Below are positions 10,567-21,076 of a stretch of 64,000 bases of DNA, piece after piece; within the stretch, counting starts at the first letter, position 1, and each line of letters begins with the position of its first letter. The stretch is from contig CBDFFH010000025.1 in NCBI GenBank assembly GCA_965246715.1, positions 23,356 through 87,355 on the forward strand, given 5' to 3'. The position numbers were made by a program, and so were the translations under genes. The notes beneath the pieces are model-generated. The model was given only the letters and a program-made list of their open reading frames with translations. It was not told the origin of the DNA and made no database searches. The DNA comes from Chamaesiphon sp. Its GTDB lineage: Bacteria > Cyanobacteriota > Cyanobacteriia > Cyanobacteriales > Chamaesiphonaceae.

Positions 10567-12764
10567 AATGGTTGGTCGGTGTCTAAGGCAAAGCTCAGAT
10601 GCGTACTAAATTGACTGTAACGGCGCACGATTAATAATGAAGACGCGCAACGGGTGGCAAGTCGATCGGTATAACTATCCAGTGTCGGTTTTCGCCGTCC
10701 CCAAGTTCTGCCGATGCCAGTAATTGTCAGATCTACCTGCTGTGAAAATTGCTCGATCGTGGCAATCGGATCGTTCGACGCGATCGTCGAAATATTCACT
10801 CGCGATTTAACACTCTCTGGCAGATTTTCCAATAAACTAGCTAGCTCGGCACTGAATTCATTATCTTGAGTGTCGGGTAAAGCAATGTGGATCAGTTTCA
10901 ATTGTCGCTGGCGATCGTTCCAGAGCATTCTCAGGGCAATTTCTACCGCGAGATCGTCATGATTGTTGGCGGTATAGGGGACGAATAAGGTTTTGTATGC
11001 GCAGGCTAGGAGCGGCTCTGGGCTAGTATCGATAAATACGGCCGTATCGGCTGGAGTCTGAGCAAGCATCTGGGCGACCCTCCCGCCCAAACGGTTGTTG
11101 GTAAAAGTGGGACGGTGCCAGCCCAGCAGCACGAGATCCGCTCGATCCAAGGTGGCGATAATTGCGGTTTTCTGGGCGACATCATAGCCAATTTGGACGA
11201 TCGGTTGGAATAGCGATCTCAGTGAGACTGGTTCGAGCGTGGCAATTGCGGCATTCAATCGCGCTAGTCGACGGTCGATCGCCCGATTTGCCTCGACTGG
11301 CGTACTTTTAAATAAGTAGTCCTCTTCTAGCTCGATCAGGTTTAACGGGTTGACAATCGCTGACTGGCGATCGTTGTGAGCGATCGACATTGCCAGCTGG
11401 AGCAGTCCTGTTTGAGTATTGGGATTGGCAACGGGAACTAGGATCCGATAACCGATCGACGCAGAATCTACTGCATTTAACGATGACTGGTGCGATAATG
11501 CCGCAGATGCTGCGAGATCTTCTGTAGGTTGAGTTTGCAAGCGGATCGATTTTTTTGGATACGTCCATTCCAAGAGGGGTGAAGTCATAAACGTCGTCAC
11601 CAAGGCCATGACTACCAGCATCGTAAACAACAACGGTGAAATCACGCCCAAATCTAGTCCGATATTGAGCACGATTAGTTCGGTCAAGCCGCGCGTATTC
11701 ATCAACCACCCGAGTGCGGAAGCTTCTTGTTTGCCGATCTTACAACTCCTGGCGGCGTAATAAGTCCCGACATATTTCCCGACGATCGCCACCCCCAGGA
11801 TTGCCAAACATAGCAACCATAATTCTGGACTATTTAACAACCCAATTTGAGTTTTTAGGCCGCTATAAGCAAAGAAAACTGGCAGTAAAAATATTAAAAC
11901 AAAGTCCTCAGTTTTTTCGGCAATTTGTCTCACCAATCCTGGATTCTTGGGCATCGCCGCCCCGAGTAAAAATGCCCCAAAAATGAGGTGAATTCCGATC
12001 GCTTCGGTAATCAGTGCTGACAACACCACTGCCATATAAATTCCCGCCAACATCAGTTGGGACAATTTACCCGTGCGATCGTAATAAGTAGATAGCATTT
12101 TCAGCAGCCAGCGCCCGACGGTCAACATTGCGCCGATATACAGCAAGGAGCAAATAATCGTCGGCACCGCCCCAACCATACTATTGGTTTTAGTGACCGC
12201 AATTGCTAAAGCCAACAAACACCAAGCCGTGACATCATCTACTGCGGCACATGTCAATGCCAGGGTACCCAATCGGGTATTTTGTAGGTTATTTTCGGTG
12301 ATAATTCTGGCCAATACTGGGAAGGCCGTAATCGACATTGCTGCACCTAAAAATAGCGCAAATGCCGTAAACGACACACTCGCATTAGAGACGATCGGAT
12401 AAATAACTAATGATAAAATTCCGGCTAACGAAAACGGGACTAAAATACTCACTCCCGATGTCAAGACTGCCGTATTGAGATTGCCGCGTAAATATTTCGG
12501 ATCTAATTCTAGCCCAATTAAAAACATGAAAAATATTAACCCAATTTGCGATAGCACATTCAAAAAGGGAATCGCTGTCGGTGGAAATATTAAGCCTGAT
12601 AATTCTGGTGATAGCCAGCCCAATAACGATGGGCCTAACGCAATCCCTGCAACTATTTCACCAATTACTAATGGTTGTTCGATCGATCTAAATAGCCAAC
12701 CGACCAACCGCGACCCACCAATCACAATTAGTACTTCAATTAATACCAGGACGACTGTACTCAT
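10563..12764 (-). CDS. CPA2 cation/H+ antiporter with C-terminal USP-like domains
   Basis: Many TM segments, SITAFPVLARI, AAVDD, LMNTRGLTELIVLNIG; C-terminal ILVPVANP USP-like region. Confidence 0.92.
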   Translation of the reverse strand: MSTVVLVLIEVLIVIGGSRLVGWLFRSIEQPLVIGEIVAGIALGPSLLGWLSPELSGLIFPPTAIPFLNVLSQIGLIFFMFLIGLELDPKYLRGNLNTAVLTSGVSILVPFSLAGILSLVIYPIVSNASVSFTAFALFLGAAMSITAFPVLARIITENNLQNTRLGTLALTCAAVDDVTAWCLLALAIAVTKTNSMVGAVPTIICSLLYIGAMLTVGRWLLKMLSTYYDRTGKLSQLMLAGIYMAVVLSALITEAIGIHLIFGAFLLGAAMPKNPGLVRQIAEKTEDFVLIFLLPVFFAYSGLKTQIGLLNSPELWLLCLAILGVAIVGKYVGTYYAARSCKIGKQEASALGWLMNTRGLTELIVLNIGLDLGVISPLLFTMLVVMALVTTFMTSPLLEWTYPKKSIRLQTQPTEDLAASAALSHQSSLNAVDSASIGYRILVPVANPNTQTGLLQLAMSIAHNDRQSAIVNPLNLIELEEDYLFKSTPVEANRAIDRRLARLNAAIATLEPVSLRSLFQPIVQIGYDVAQKTAIIATLDRADLVLLGWHRPTFTNNRLGGRVAQMLAQTPADTAVFIDTSPEPLLACAYKTLFVPYTANNHDDLAVEIALRMLWNDRQRQLKLIHIALPDTQDNEFSAELASLLENLPESVKSRVNISTIASNDPIATIEQFSQQVDLTITGIGRTWGRRKPTLDSYTDRLATRCASSLLIVRRYSQFSTHLSFALDTDQPL

Positions 12765-12940
12765 AAGATTTATTGTAAAGGCGGATTAAGGCTTGATAAA
12801 TTTCAAATGTCAATATTGAATTACCTATTTGATGAGGATTGGTTCGTCAGTCACCCCTCTTACGAACATCTCAGATCTTCCACTAAAAATCAAGCTCGAT
12901 CGAGCTTTACATCACAAATAACTAACGATCGATAATTAGG

Positions 12941-13047
12941 TAAGTAGAGCGGCGCAAATATTTACAACATCAGAAAAGACTGAAACCTAGATGGTGGGCA
13001 TTGCCCAACTTACACATCTTTAAATACCTAACGATAACTAGCCGCTA
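12941..13047. repeat. Degenerate MITE-like dispersed repeat with GGGCA(T/C)TGCCC hairpin; related to 47126-47233 in opposite orientation
   Basis: tgaaacctagatggtgggcattgcccaacttacac closely matches the reverse complement of 47159-47193. Confidence 0.6.
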
Positions 13048-13050
13048 ATC

Positions 13051-13914
13051 CTATTTCCACTGACTAACAAATTCTAATCCTTTTTCTCGGCCGTGACGAT
13101 ACACCGAAACTAGACCGGTGGGTGTTGCTTTCGTAAAATCTACCCCAAATTCCGTGAGCGGTCGATCGGGACGAATTAGTGAGATCGGCCTACCACCGCT
13201 GGAGTTGGGGACTGGATCGATATGAAACATATCCTGATACAACGTCCCTGGTTCGTTAGAAATCGCGATCGTCTGTTGATATCCTGCGGCTACCATCGCT
13301 AATGCCGGACACAGACAAGTATAAGCGGCATCTACATATGGCCGACCATCGATCCAAGCTGGCAGATCCCACGCGTGCATGATTCGCGAGGACGCATAAG
13401 CTACAGCCGGAAAGCTATTGGGTGTAATCCGAAAGGGTTCGGGGTGATGTGTGCTAAATAACGTCAAGCGCAGATTGGCATCTACCCAACTGCGATCTTT
13501 TTGGACGGAGGCGCGTAATAGGCGTTTGCCTAGTGCTTGTGCCTCGTGGCTTTGAGTTTGCGCGGCTGCGGTGGGATTAATTACTGCATTGGTAGCGATA
13601 TACAGAGCGGGAGTCTGCGGCTGATATAACTGTTTCCGTAACGGCTTACTAAAGATCCGAATTCCCCGCTGCACCACTTTACTCATATTTTGCCGAGGTT
13701 GTTGCAAGGCATCCAGTCCTGCCAACCAATAGTCTACTCCTAAATTTCCGGCGCGACCGATCGCTGCCCAACTTGTCGGAATTACGGATGAAGATGCGGC
13801 TGCATAGGCATCGGCGACGATTCCAGATTCTTCCAGTGCAGTCAATACTCCATGAGCAAAAGCTCCTTTAAAACTACCCACTGGAGTAGCGATCGCTAAT
13901 GATTTACCCTTCAA
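13051..13914 (-). CDS. Patatin-like protein with divergent motifs
   Basis: GSFKGAFAHGVL (Gly-rich loop), AASSS (nucleophile elbow position), ASS, YVDAAY. Confidence 0.6.
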   Translation of the reverse strand: MKGKSLAIATPVGSFKGAFAHGVLTALEESGIVADAYAAASSSVIPTSWAAIGRAGNLGVDYWLAGLDALQQPRQNMSKVVQRGIRIFSKPLRKQLYQPQTPALYIATNAVINPTAAAQTQSHEAQALGKRLLRASVQKDRSWVDANLRLTLFSTHHPEPFRITPNSFPAVAYASSRIMHAWDLPAWIDGRPYVDAAYTCLCPALAMVAAGYQQTIAISNEPGTLYQDMFHIDPVPNSSGGRPISLIRPDRPLTEFGVDFTKATPTGLVSVYRHGREKGLEFVSQWK

Positions 13915-14009
13915 TATGATTTAGCACAAATTCAACTGCTGTTATTTTAACCGCCCCAGTACCTTTGACATGGCTTTTAGCTCGGAGCGAGATCTCCGAT
14001 CGATCGTCC

Positions 14010-14902
14010 TTAACCAGAGGTGAGAAAGGGATGAATTGCCGCGTATAATTCAGTCGCATATTCTTCATGCAATCCTAGCGTCCCTGGTAATGTAACGCTG
14101 ACAACACCTGCTACTTCAGCGAGTGCACGCATTTCTGCTTTCGATTTGGGTGGACTATTCTCGCCGATCGCGATTAGGACGGGTATATTTAAAGATTGTA
14201 AATGCGCCAGCGCCTCAGCTCGATCGAGATAAGGATCTAGCCCCCCAGTTACGAATGCTCCCGCACCAAATCTCGCTCCTGGCTGTTGAGTCAGTTGGCG
14301 TTTGCCAGTCATAAACTCAGGCGTTAATTTACTTGCATCGGTATAAACATGTCGCCGATACATGAATCCTAAAAAGCTAGGAGTAGTATTTAGTTGGTAC
14401 AAAAATTGACCGATAATCGGCGTACGAATCAGATCCCGCGCTATCTTCAACCACGGCTTTTGTCCTTTGGCCATCGTCGGCAATGGCCCACGCCATGTAG
14501 GTGCGACGAGAACCAGCTTGGCAACGCGCTGAGGCAATCTGGCAGCGGTATCGAGTGCATAGCCCGCAGCATGGCCGGCGGCGATAATCGTTACGGGAGC
14601 AGATCCATAAATCTCGCGCAGAAAGTCTTCGATGAATTGGCGATAAAGTGGCGGCGCATAATCTAACGATGGTCGATCGGAATCGCCAAAACCGGGGAAA
14701 TCGACAGTAGTAACCTGAAACTCCGAGCGTAGATATGCTGCCAATCCAGACATCTCAGTACGGCTAGAAACTGTGCTAAAGGCAGGTAACAGGAGTATCG
14801 GTTCTCCTGCCCCATCAGTCTCGTAGGCAATGCTTACTGACTGTCCTTGCCAGTTCCATGAGTATGTTTGGGTGGTGTGTTGGGGGATATCGATGAGTGT
14901 CA
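14010..14902 (-). CDS. Alpha/beta fold hydrolase
   Basis: LLLPAFSTVSSR, VDFPGFGDS, AAGHAAG, LVLVAPTW, GLHEE; ATG near 14902 more likely than the TTG at 14987. Confidence 0.85.
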
Positions 14903-15293
14903 TTTTGGATTTTGGATTGTTTGTTCGCAATTCTTTCGGTATAGCAGATCGCTGTTCTATATTCGATGCTGATTCGTGCGGTTTCAACTAGACATCACCA
15001 GACGGTTTTTCGACCCAAAATTTTTCTCTAGCCTCAATCTCGACAACTTTCAATGGTACGGCGATCGTGCGATCCTCTCAACTAATTCTAACAAATCGTA
15101 CTCTTGACAAAGATTGATGAGGGTACGATTTTCACAAGGACCATCTGAGTCGATCTGTTGGGCTTCGCCTTGCTCGACCCAACCTCCAGATCTTCTTTTT
15201 CATGCAACGCCGATATTTCTAGGGTGCGGGACTAGCCACTACGCACTAAATAGGGGACAATATCGATCGCAGACGAGTGGATAAAACAAACTA

Positions 15294-16328
15294 ATGGTTC
15301 AAGAGAGAACTTTACCCGCATTTGAGCCACAGCCGGGAGAAATTACCAAAGCAGAAGGCTCGATGTTGTACCGAGACATGATTCTGGGTCGCTTCTTTGA
15401 GGACAAGTGCGCGGAGATGTACTATCGAGGCAAAATGTTTGGTTTTGTCCATTTGTACAACGGTCAAGAAGCAGTAGCCTCCGGCGTGATTAAGGCGATG
15501 CGCCCAGGTGAGGACTATGTTTCGAGTACTTACCGCGACCACGTTCATGCACTTAGTGCGGGCGTACCCGCACGTGAGGTGATGGCGGAGTTATTTGGCA
15601 AGGAGACAGGCTGTAGCAAAGGGCGCGGCGGCTCGATGCACATGTTTTCCAAAGAGCATCAGTTTTTGGGTGGTTATGCCTTTATCGCTGAAGGGATTCC
15701 GGTGGCGACGGGCGCGGCATTTGCGAGTAAATATCGGCGCGAAGCTTTGGGAGATGCGAGTTCGGATTTGGTATCGGCTTGTTTCTTTGGTGATGGTGCT
15801 GCCAACAACGGACAGTTCTTTGAATGTCTGAATATGGCAGCATTATGGAAGTTGCCGATGATTTATGTCGTTGAAAATAATAAATGGGCGATCGGAATGT
15901 CGCACGAACGCGCGACTTCAGTACCCGAAATCTTCAAAAAAGGTGCTGCTTTCGGGATGCACGGCGTGGAAGTCGATGGGATGGATGTCTTAGCTGTCTA
16001 TCGCGTCGCTAAAGAGGCGATCGCGCGCGCACGTGCTGGGGAAGGCCCAACGCTGATCGAAGCCCTCACGTACCGTTTTCGCGGTCACTCACTGGCAGAT
16101 CCAGACGAACTCAGATCGAAAGAAGAAAAAGACTTCTGGCTCGCTCGCGATCCGATCGAAAAGTTTGCTGGTTATCTCGTCAATTCAGGTTTGATGACTC
16201 AAGACGAGATCGCGGGACTTAACAAGGAAATACAAGATATCGTCGATGATTCGGTCGAGTTTGCGGAAAATAGTCCCGAACCCAATCCTGATGAATTACG
16301 CCGCTATATCTTCGCTGGCGATTCGTAA
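15294..16328 (+). CDS. pdhA: Pyruvate dehydrogenase E1 alpha subunit
   Basis: [29 protein letters not shown] motif, [12 protein letters not shown]. Confidence 0.97.
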   Translation: MVQERTLPAFEPQPGEITKAEGSMLYRDMILGRFFEDKCAEMYYRGKMFGFVHLYNGQEAVASGVIKAMRPGEDYVSSTYRDHVHALSAGVPAREVMAELFGKETGCSKGRGGSMHMFSKEHQFLGGYAFIAEGIPVATGAAFASKYRREALGDASSDLVSACFFGDGAANNGQFFECLNMAALWKLPMIYVVENNKWAIGMSHERATSVPEIFKKGAAFGMHGVEVDGMDVLAVYRVAKEAIARARAGEGPTLIEALTYRFRGHSLADPDELRSKEEKDFWLARDPIEKFAGYLVNSGLMTQDEIAGLNKEIQDIVDDSVEFAENSPEPNPDELRRYIFAGDS

Positions 16329-16343
16329 TTTTGCGCGATCGAT

Positions 16344-16376
16344 TTCCCTAATTCTTAGATTTTAAGAGTTAGGGAA
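16344..16376 (+). terminator. Hairpin downstream of pdhA
   Basis: ttccctaattctta-gattt-taagagttagggaa inverted repeat. Confidence 0.55.
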
Positions 16377-16482
16377 TATCGTGCTGTTTGTTCTCGATCG
16401 ATGGAATTCTACCGATCGATCTATGTAAGGTCAGTTCGATATATAAATCGATCGTTCAGAAGTACAAATGTTGTTGTGAGAA

Positions 16483-16530
16483 GCAAAAACCCGGATCTGG
16501 GGGTCGGAACCCCAGACCCCCCGCTGAGGC
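16483..16530. repeat. GC-rich hairpin dispersed repeat (second copy 47339-47386)
   Basis: aaaacccggatctgggggtcggaaccccagaccccccgctgaggc vs aaaacccgggtctgggggtctgaacccccagaccccccgttgaggc. Confidence 0.8.
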
Positions 16531-16539
16531 GCTACCGTG

Positions 16540-16748
16540 TATAGAACCCATTTGAGATCTTTTAAGCGATCGGGTAGAATCGATTAAAATCGGTGAAGTC
16601 CAAGCAGGGCAGTGGAAATCATGGGATATTCAAGTGATGTGACAGCTAAACGTTCAAATGCCAAGCTCAAGCTGTGTTTTATTCGGCTCATGCTCAAACG
16701 TTTAGCTGTCACATCTACCCACTGAAAAGATCTCAAATGGGTTCTATA
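16540..16748 (+). mobile_element. Mini-IS5 (internally deleted IS5-family element/MITE)
   Basis: Perfect 24-bp terminal inverted repeat TATAGAACCCATTTGAGATCTTTT (includes target bases); internal ORF 16621-16725 joins transposase-like start (MGYSSDVT) and end (LKLCFIRLMLKRLA). Confidence 0.88.
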
Positions 16749-16860
16749 GAGTGCCTACGATTGAAATCGTGGCTAATGTTGCCAAGTCCGCCTGCGCGGA
16801 CTTCGGATCACGAGTAGCTGTTTTAAGCGCTTGAGTTACAAGTATCAACTTGGGTTATTT

Positions 16861-18216
16861 TTATCGGTATTCTCGAAAATCATCAACCTGACGCTCCGGA
16901 TCTGGGGCAAATGCCAGCCAGAGTGGATATTGTAAGATCGACAGGCTAATTTGTCCTTCCGAATTATCGATAATAATCAGTGGCATTTCTTTATTCGCGA
17001 CGATGCGATCGGCTCTTTGCACGAGTGCTTCGGGATCTTCAAATAAAATAATTCCCCCATTGCCACCAAAATCGGGCTTAGAGAGTCCCAAACAATCTTG
17101 AAAGCCTCTGCGCCAGTCACCGAGACGCTCCGGTAGGTTGGCGAGGACGAGCGTGCGGAGATAGTCACCATAGAGTTCTCTAAGTGCCGATACCGCCGCT
17201 GCCGCTACCAAAATATTCTGGAGGCGACTGCCCATCGATCGTACTGCACCGCGCCCGTCTTTCGCAAAAAACCAGTCCGAAATTTTATCAGCGTGGACTG
17301 CTTCTAGCGTGCGGCGCAGTTGCCATGCTGGCGCGTAATAATCCGGAGCCGTGCGATAGCGATCGATCGAACTTTTTACCTTACTGGCGGTGGCTTTAAA
17401 GGCAGGTTCGGCAAATTGAGGTGTTTGGTTCCGAGGGGTAGCGGGAGCTGGCGTGGTGGTGCTCAGTGGAGTCTGAATGCGAATTTGAGCGGGGGGTGGT
17501 TGTGGAAATTCAATTTCTTCAGCGATGACGACTAAATCTTGCAAACTACCCACGAGGTAATCTTTAAATCCTTGCAAGCGAATGGCGATATCTTGAGACG
17601 CACCCGCAAAACTTTTATCGATCTCTTGCTTGATGCGATCGCGACGGCGTTCGAGTTGTTCGACGGAGATTTGTAATTTTTGGCGACGTTGCTCCAGATC
17701 GGCAATAGATGTTTGAACGATTTGCCCGAAACTTATCTGGGTATCGTCGATTTGTTTTTGGAGCTGTAATTTAGTTGTTTGCAGTCTAGCGATCTCTGCT
17801 TTGATCTCAGCTTCCGATCGCAACAGTAACTCGATTTTGGGATTGTTAGTATTGTCTGTTTCTAGCTCTGAGTCTAATTCTTGACCGATCTCATCGAGCA
17901 AAATACTCCAATTGTCTGTCATCGACGATCGATCTTCTGGCACAGCAGCTCTGTCTGTCGGGGTGGATGTCTCTGGCTGTGTTAACTCCAGGGTTACCGC
18001 TGATTCGATCGGCTCTGACGGTTGGGTTGGAGCGGAATCGACAACTGCATCGCTTTCCCAAACATCACCGAGCGGCTCCGCTGTGGGTGAGACCTCTTCA
18101 ACCACACTCACATCGATAATAATTTCCGGCGGCTGTGGGGATGTCTTGACATTTTGTTGGCGATCGGGATTTCCGTCAGGGTTCATAGATTTTGGCGTAG
18201 GGAGCGCTAAGGGCAT
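16861..18216 (-). CDS. DUF3086 domain coiled-coil protein
   Basis: Coiled coil, FAGASQDIAIRLQGFKDYLVGSLQDL, PDYYAPAWQLRRT, LGDWRRGFQDCLG. Confidence 0.85.
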   Translation of the reverse strand: MPLALPTPKSMNPDGNPDRQQNVKTSPQPPEIIIDVSVVEEVSPTAEPLGDVWESDAVVDSAPTQPSEPIESAVTLELTQPETSTPTDRAAVPEDRSSMTDNWSILLDEIGQELDSELETDNTNNPKIELLLRSEAEIKAEIARLQTTKLQLQKQIDDTQISFGQIVQTSIADLEQRRQKLQISVEQLERRRDRIKQEIDKSFAGASQDIAIRLQGFKDYLVGSLQDLVVIAEEIEFPQPPPAQIRIQTPLSTTTPAPATPRNQTPQFAEPAFKATASKVKSSIDRYRTAPDYYAPAWQLRRTLEAVHADKISDWFFAKDGRGAVRSMGSRLQNILVAAAAVSALRELYGDYLRTLVLANLPERLGDWRRGFQDCLGLSKPDFGGNGGIILFEDPEALVQRADRIVANKEMPLIIIDNSEGQISLSILQYPLWLAFAPDPERQVDDFREYR

Positions 18217-18243
18217 CGGTTATCGAGGGGGGTGCGAGCGCTG

Positions 18244-18660
18244 TTAGGAGTGCGTTGTCGATCGATCCCGTCCGGTGCGAGGAAAATAATGTTCGAGGCA
18301 AGTCCGTAGCAGCTGCGCGTCGAAGATAATCGGTAAAAAGTGGATGCTATTGACTTCTTTAAAGTAAAACAAAATGGGTACGGGTTGCCAAAAAATCTCC
18401 CAATTTTCCCATTCACTGTAGGGAAATGTACGGATTAAGCTATTACTGCGATAGACTTCTAGCGCGACGGTTGTAAATTTCAATCTAATTAAAACTGCTT
18501 GGATCGATAGAAATATCCCAAAGATTCCCAGTCCCAAACCTACCCAGGGTTGAATGATGGCAATAAAAATCGCGATCGCCACAATCGCGATCGGGATGCG
18601 ATAACTGGGTTGAAGTTCGATTTCGGCAGGTAACTGAGTTGGTGCGGGGATACTTGTCAC
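18244..18660 (-). CDS. DUF3119 family membrane protein
   Basis: PSYRIP, TM hairpin, FPYSEWENW, YFKEVNSIHFLPIIFD; typical partner of DUF3086. Confidence 0.85.
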   Translation of the reverse strand: MTSIPAPTQLPAEIELQPSYRIPIAIVAIAIFIAIIQPWVGLGLGIFGIFLSIQAVLIRLKFTTVALEVYRSNSLIRTFPYSEWENWEIFWQPVPILFYFKEVNSIHFLPIIFDAQLLRTCLEHYFPRTGRDRSTTHS

Positions 18661-19161
18661 AGGCTTACAATTTCGATCGCTACAACTCCTCTATTTTAAC
18701 AGCAGGAAGATCGATTATGAACGATCGCTAATGAATTATAAAATGGCTCTGGACATAGACTGTGGGTTGAAGTAACAATATCGAACTCGTAGCTTCATCT
18801 TTGGCAAATCCGTGTTAAATATTTTCAAAATCCGACACCTCCGTAATTTCACTGATGCAAATCGCCCGACATCGCAACAGAAGCTAGCTAGACGCTATCC
18901 AAAGTTCCGTATTCATCGCGATCTCAAATCTGAGGTTACCCGAGCATAATAGATGAAGTGAGTGGATGATTCACGATCTAAAGTTGAGTGAATGAGTGTT
19001 TAGAGGTAGGGTGAGATTGGTTCCGACTATGGCTACATCCAAAGCGATTGCTGAGATCGACCGATGTAGCGCTCGCCACCCTCGATCTCCAGCTATCCGG
19101 TGGTGTCTGAATGCTAAGATTGGTAGTAATCGACACTAAAACTAGTTAGCCATAAATAACA

Positions 19162-19668
19162 ATGAAGTTAAATTTTCGCCGGACGATCGCAGGTTGGTTA
19201 TTGCCTGTATTAATTGTTGCGATCTCGTTTATCTCGATCGGTATTTGTCCCCGAGCAGCGATTGCTGATGATTTTACCAAAGCAACTTTAGGTAGTGTTG
19301 ACTTCAGTGACAAAGATTTAACTAGTTTTGAGTTTACCCAAGCCAGTGTGCGCGGTGGCAAGTTTGTTAATGCAAATATGACGGGCGTGAGCCTGATCGG
19401 TGGCGATTTTGATTCGGCTGATTTCACTGGGGCAAATCTGACTAATGCGGCGCTAGACACAACTCGGCTGACACGAGCAAATTTAACAAATACGATTTTT
19501 ATCGGTGCTTTTGTCACGAACACTAATTTTGGTGGTGCAACTATCGACGGAGCAGATTTTACCGATGTATTGCTCCGCAAAGATGTTCAAAAGAAATTGT
19601 GTGCGATCGCTAAAGGCACCAATCCGAAAACTGGCAAATCTACTAGAGAATCATTAGACTGTCCATAA
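19162..19668 (+). CDS. Pentapeptide repeat protein (exported/lumenal)
   Basis: Signal peptide, A(D/N)(L/F)xx repeats, IDGADFTD and GTNPKTGKSTRESLDC C-terminus. Confidence 0.92.
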   Translation: MKLNFRRTIAGWLLPVLIVAISFISIGICPRAAIADDFTKATLGSVDFSDKDLTSFEFTQASVRGGKFVNANMTGVSLIGGDFDSADFTGANLTNAALDTTRLTRANLTNTIFIGAFVTNTNFGGATIDGADFTDVLLRKDVQKKLCAIAKGTNPKTGKSTRESLDCP

Positions 19669-19830
19669 TCGAGCGAGTCGGGCGGTACATTTATGAAAAT
19701 AGCTCTCGAAACTTATTAATAATCTCTAAGAAAGACCTACAATTATATATCCTAGATTAATTCGATCGAATTAATCCTAAATAGCCTCGATCGTTATTTT
19801 TTGAGGTTTTATACTGCCGCAACTCAATCT

Positions 19831-20628
19831 ATGACTATCTCCCTGGTAACAAGTCCGCTCAAGCCGATCTTGAAATGGGCTGGAGGCAAGCGATGGTTGT
19901 TGCCTAGATTGCTAGAGCTATGGCAACCAAGTCGTGGATCTCGCTTAGTAGAGCCTTTTATGGGTAGCCTATCGGTAGCTCTAGGGCTACAGCCGCACCG
20001 CGCCCTACTTAACGATGTCAATCCGCATCTAACTAATTTTTATCGTCATCTACAGCAAGGATTGGAAGTGACGATCGAGATGGAAAACGATAGTATTCTT
20101 TATTATCAAATGCGATCGCGGTTCAATCAATTGACTCGCGATAAGCAAGAAGACACTAGCGAAGCAGCACAAATATTTTATTATCTAAATCGGACGGGAT
20201 TTAATGGCTTGTGCCGATTTAATAATAGTGGCGAATTTAATGTGCCATTCGGACGATATAAAACTATTAATTATACAACCGATTTTAGTGCGTATCAAAT
20301 TCCCTTACAAGCCTGGAAAATTACGTGTAATGATTTTGAGGAATTAACGCTAGAACCTGAAGATTTTATTTACGCCGATCCGCCTTATGATGTGCAATTT
20401 ACTAAATACAGTAAGACTGATTTTACCTGGGAAGATCAATTGCGATTGACTCAATGGCTAGCCCAGCATCCTGGAAAAGTTGTCTTATCTAACCAAGCAA
20501 CCGATCGAATTGTTGATTTGTACAAAGAATCTGGGTTTACTATAACAATAGTAGATGCACCACGGCGCATTTCTTGTAATGGCGATCGTCGCCCAGCCAA
20601 AGAAGTAATAGCATGTAAGGGGTTCTAG
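19831..20628 (+). CDS. Dam-family N6-adenine DNA methyltransferase
   Basis: LKWAGGKRWL, EPFMGS, LNRTGFNGLCRFN...FNVPFGRY, YADPPY; ATG at 19831 (track start 19801). Confidence 0.93.
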   Translation: MTISLVTSPLKPILKWAGGKRWLLPRLLELWQPSRGSRLVEPFMGSLSVALGLQPHRALLNDVNPHLTNFYRHLQQGLEVTIEMENDSILYYQMRSRFNQLTRDKQEDTSEAAQIFYYLNRTGFNGLCRFNNSGEFNVPFGRYKTINYTTDFSAYQIPLQAWKITCNDFEELTLEPEDFIYADPPYDVQFTKYSKTDFTWEDQLRLTQWLAQHPGKVVLSNQATDRIVDLYKESGFTITIVDAPRRISCNGDRRPAKEVIACKGF

Positions 20629-20632
20629 GTCA

Positions 20633-21076
20633 ATGTCTAAAATTGGTGTTAACACAGGCAAGATATTCGAGCAGCTTTTTGATACGGTTTTACCAACACA
20701 AGGTTATCGAATTCTGCCTAAAGATGAATATCAGTCATTCTTAGCACCAACGATTAGTGGAGGAAAGCATTTGCCAGATCGAGTAATTGAAACTCCCGAT
20801 CTCCGGTGGATTATTTTATCTAAGAAGTGGCAAGAAACATCAGGTACGGCCGAACAAAAAGTCCCATTTGAAATAATAAAATTAATTGATGCTATTGCAA
20901 AAAGTAATGATAGATTCCCCTACGCTTACTTAATTATAGGCGGGGAGGGTTGGAATCCTAAGTTGAAAGAAGCTTATCTAAATGGAGATTTGAACAAGTA
21001 TATTAATGGTACTGAATTAGTAAAAGTTGTTAATTCGGATCAATTTCTTACTTTAGTTAATCGTAAAAAGTTGTAG
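20633..21076 (+). CDS. Small PD-(D/E)XK nuclease, probable cognate restriction endonuclease
   Basis: GKIFE helix, PD...SKKWQETSGTAEQK motif; begins 4 nt after the methylase stop; AT-rich. Confidence 0.75.
   Translation: MSKIGVNTGKIFEQLFDTVLPTQGYRILPKDEYQSFLAPTISGGKHLPDRVIETPDLRWIILSKKWQETSGTAEQKVPFEIIKLIDAIAKSNDRFPYAYLIIGGEGWNPKLKEAYLNGDLNKYINGTELVKVVNSDQFLTLVNRKKL

Noticed and set aside
18661..19161. 500-bp intergenic gap as hidden gene or ncRNA
   Set aside because: No convincing ORF or structure; consistent with a divergent promoter region.
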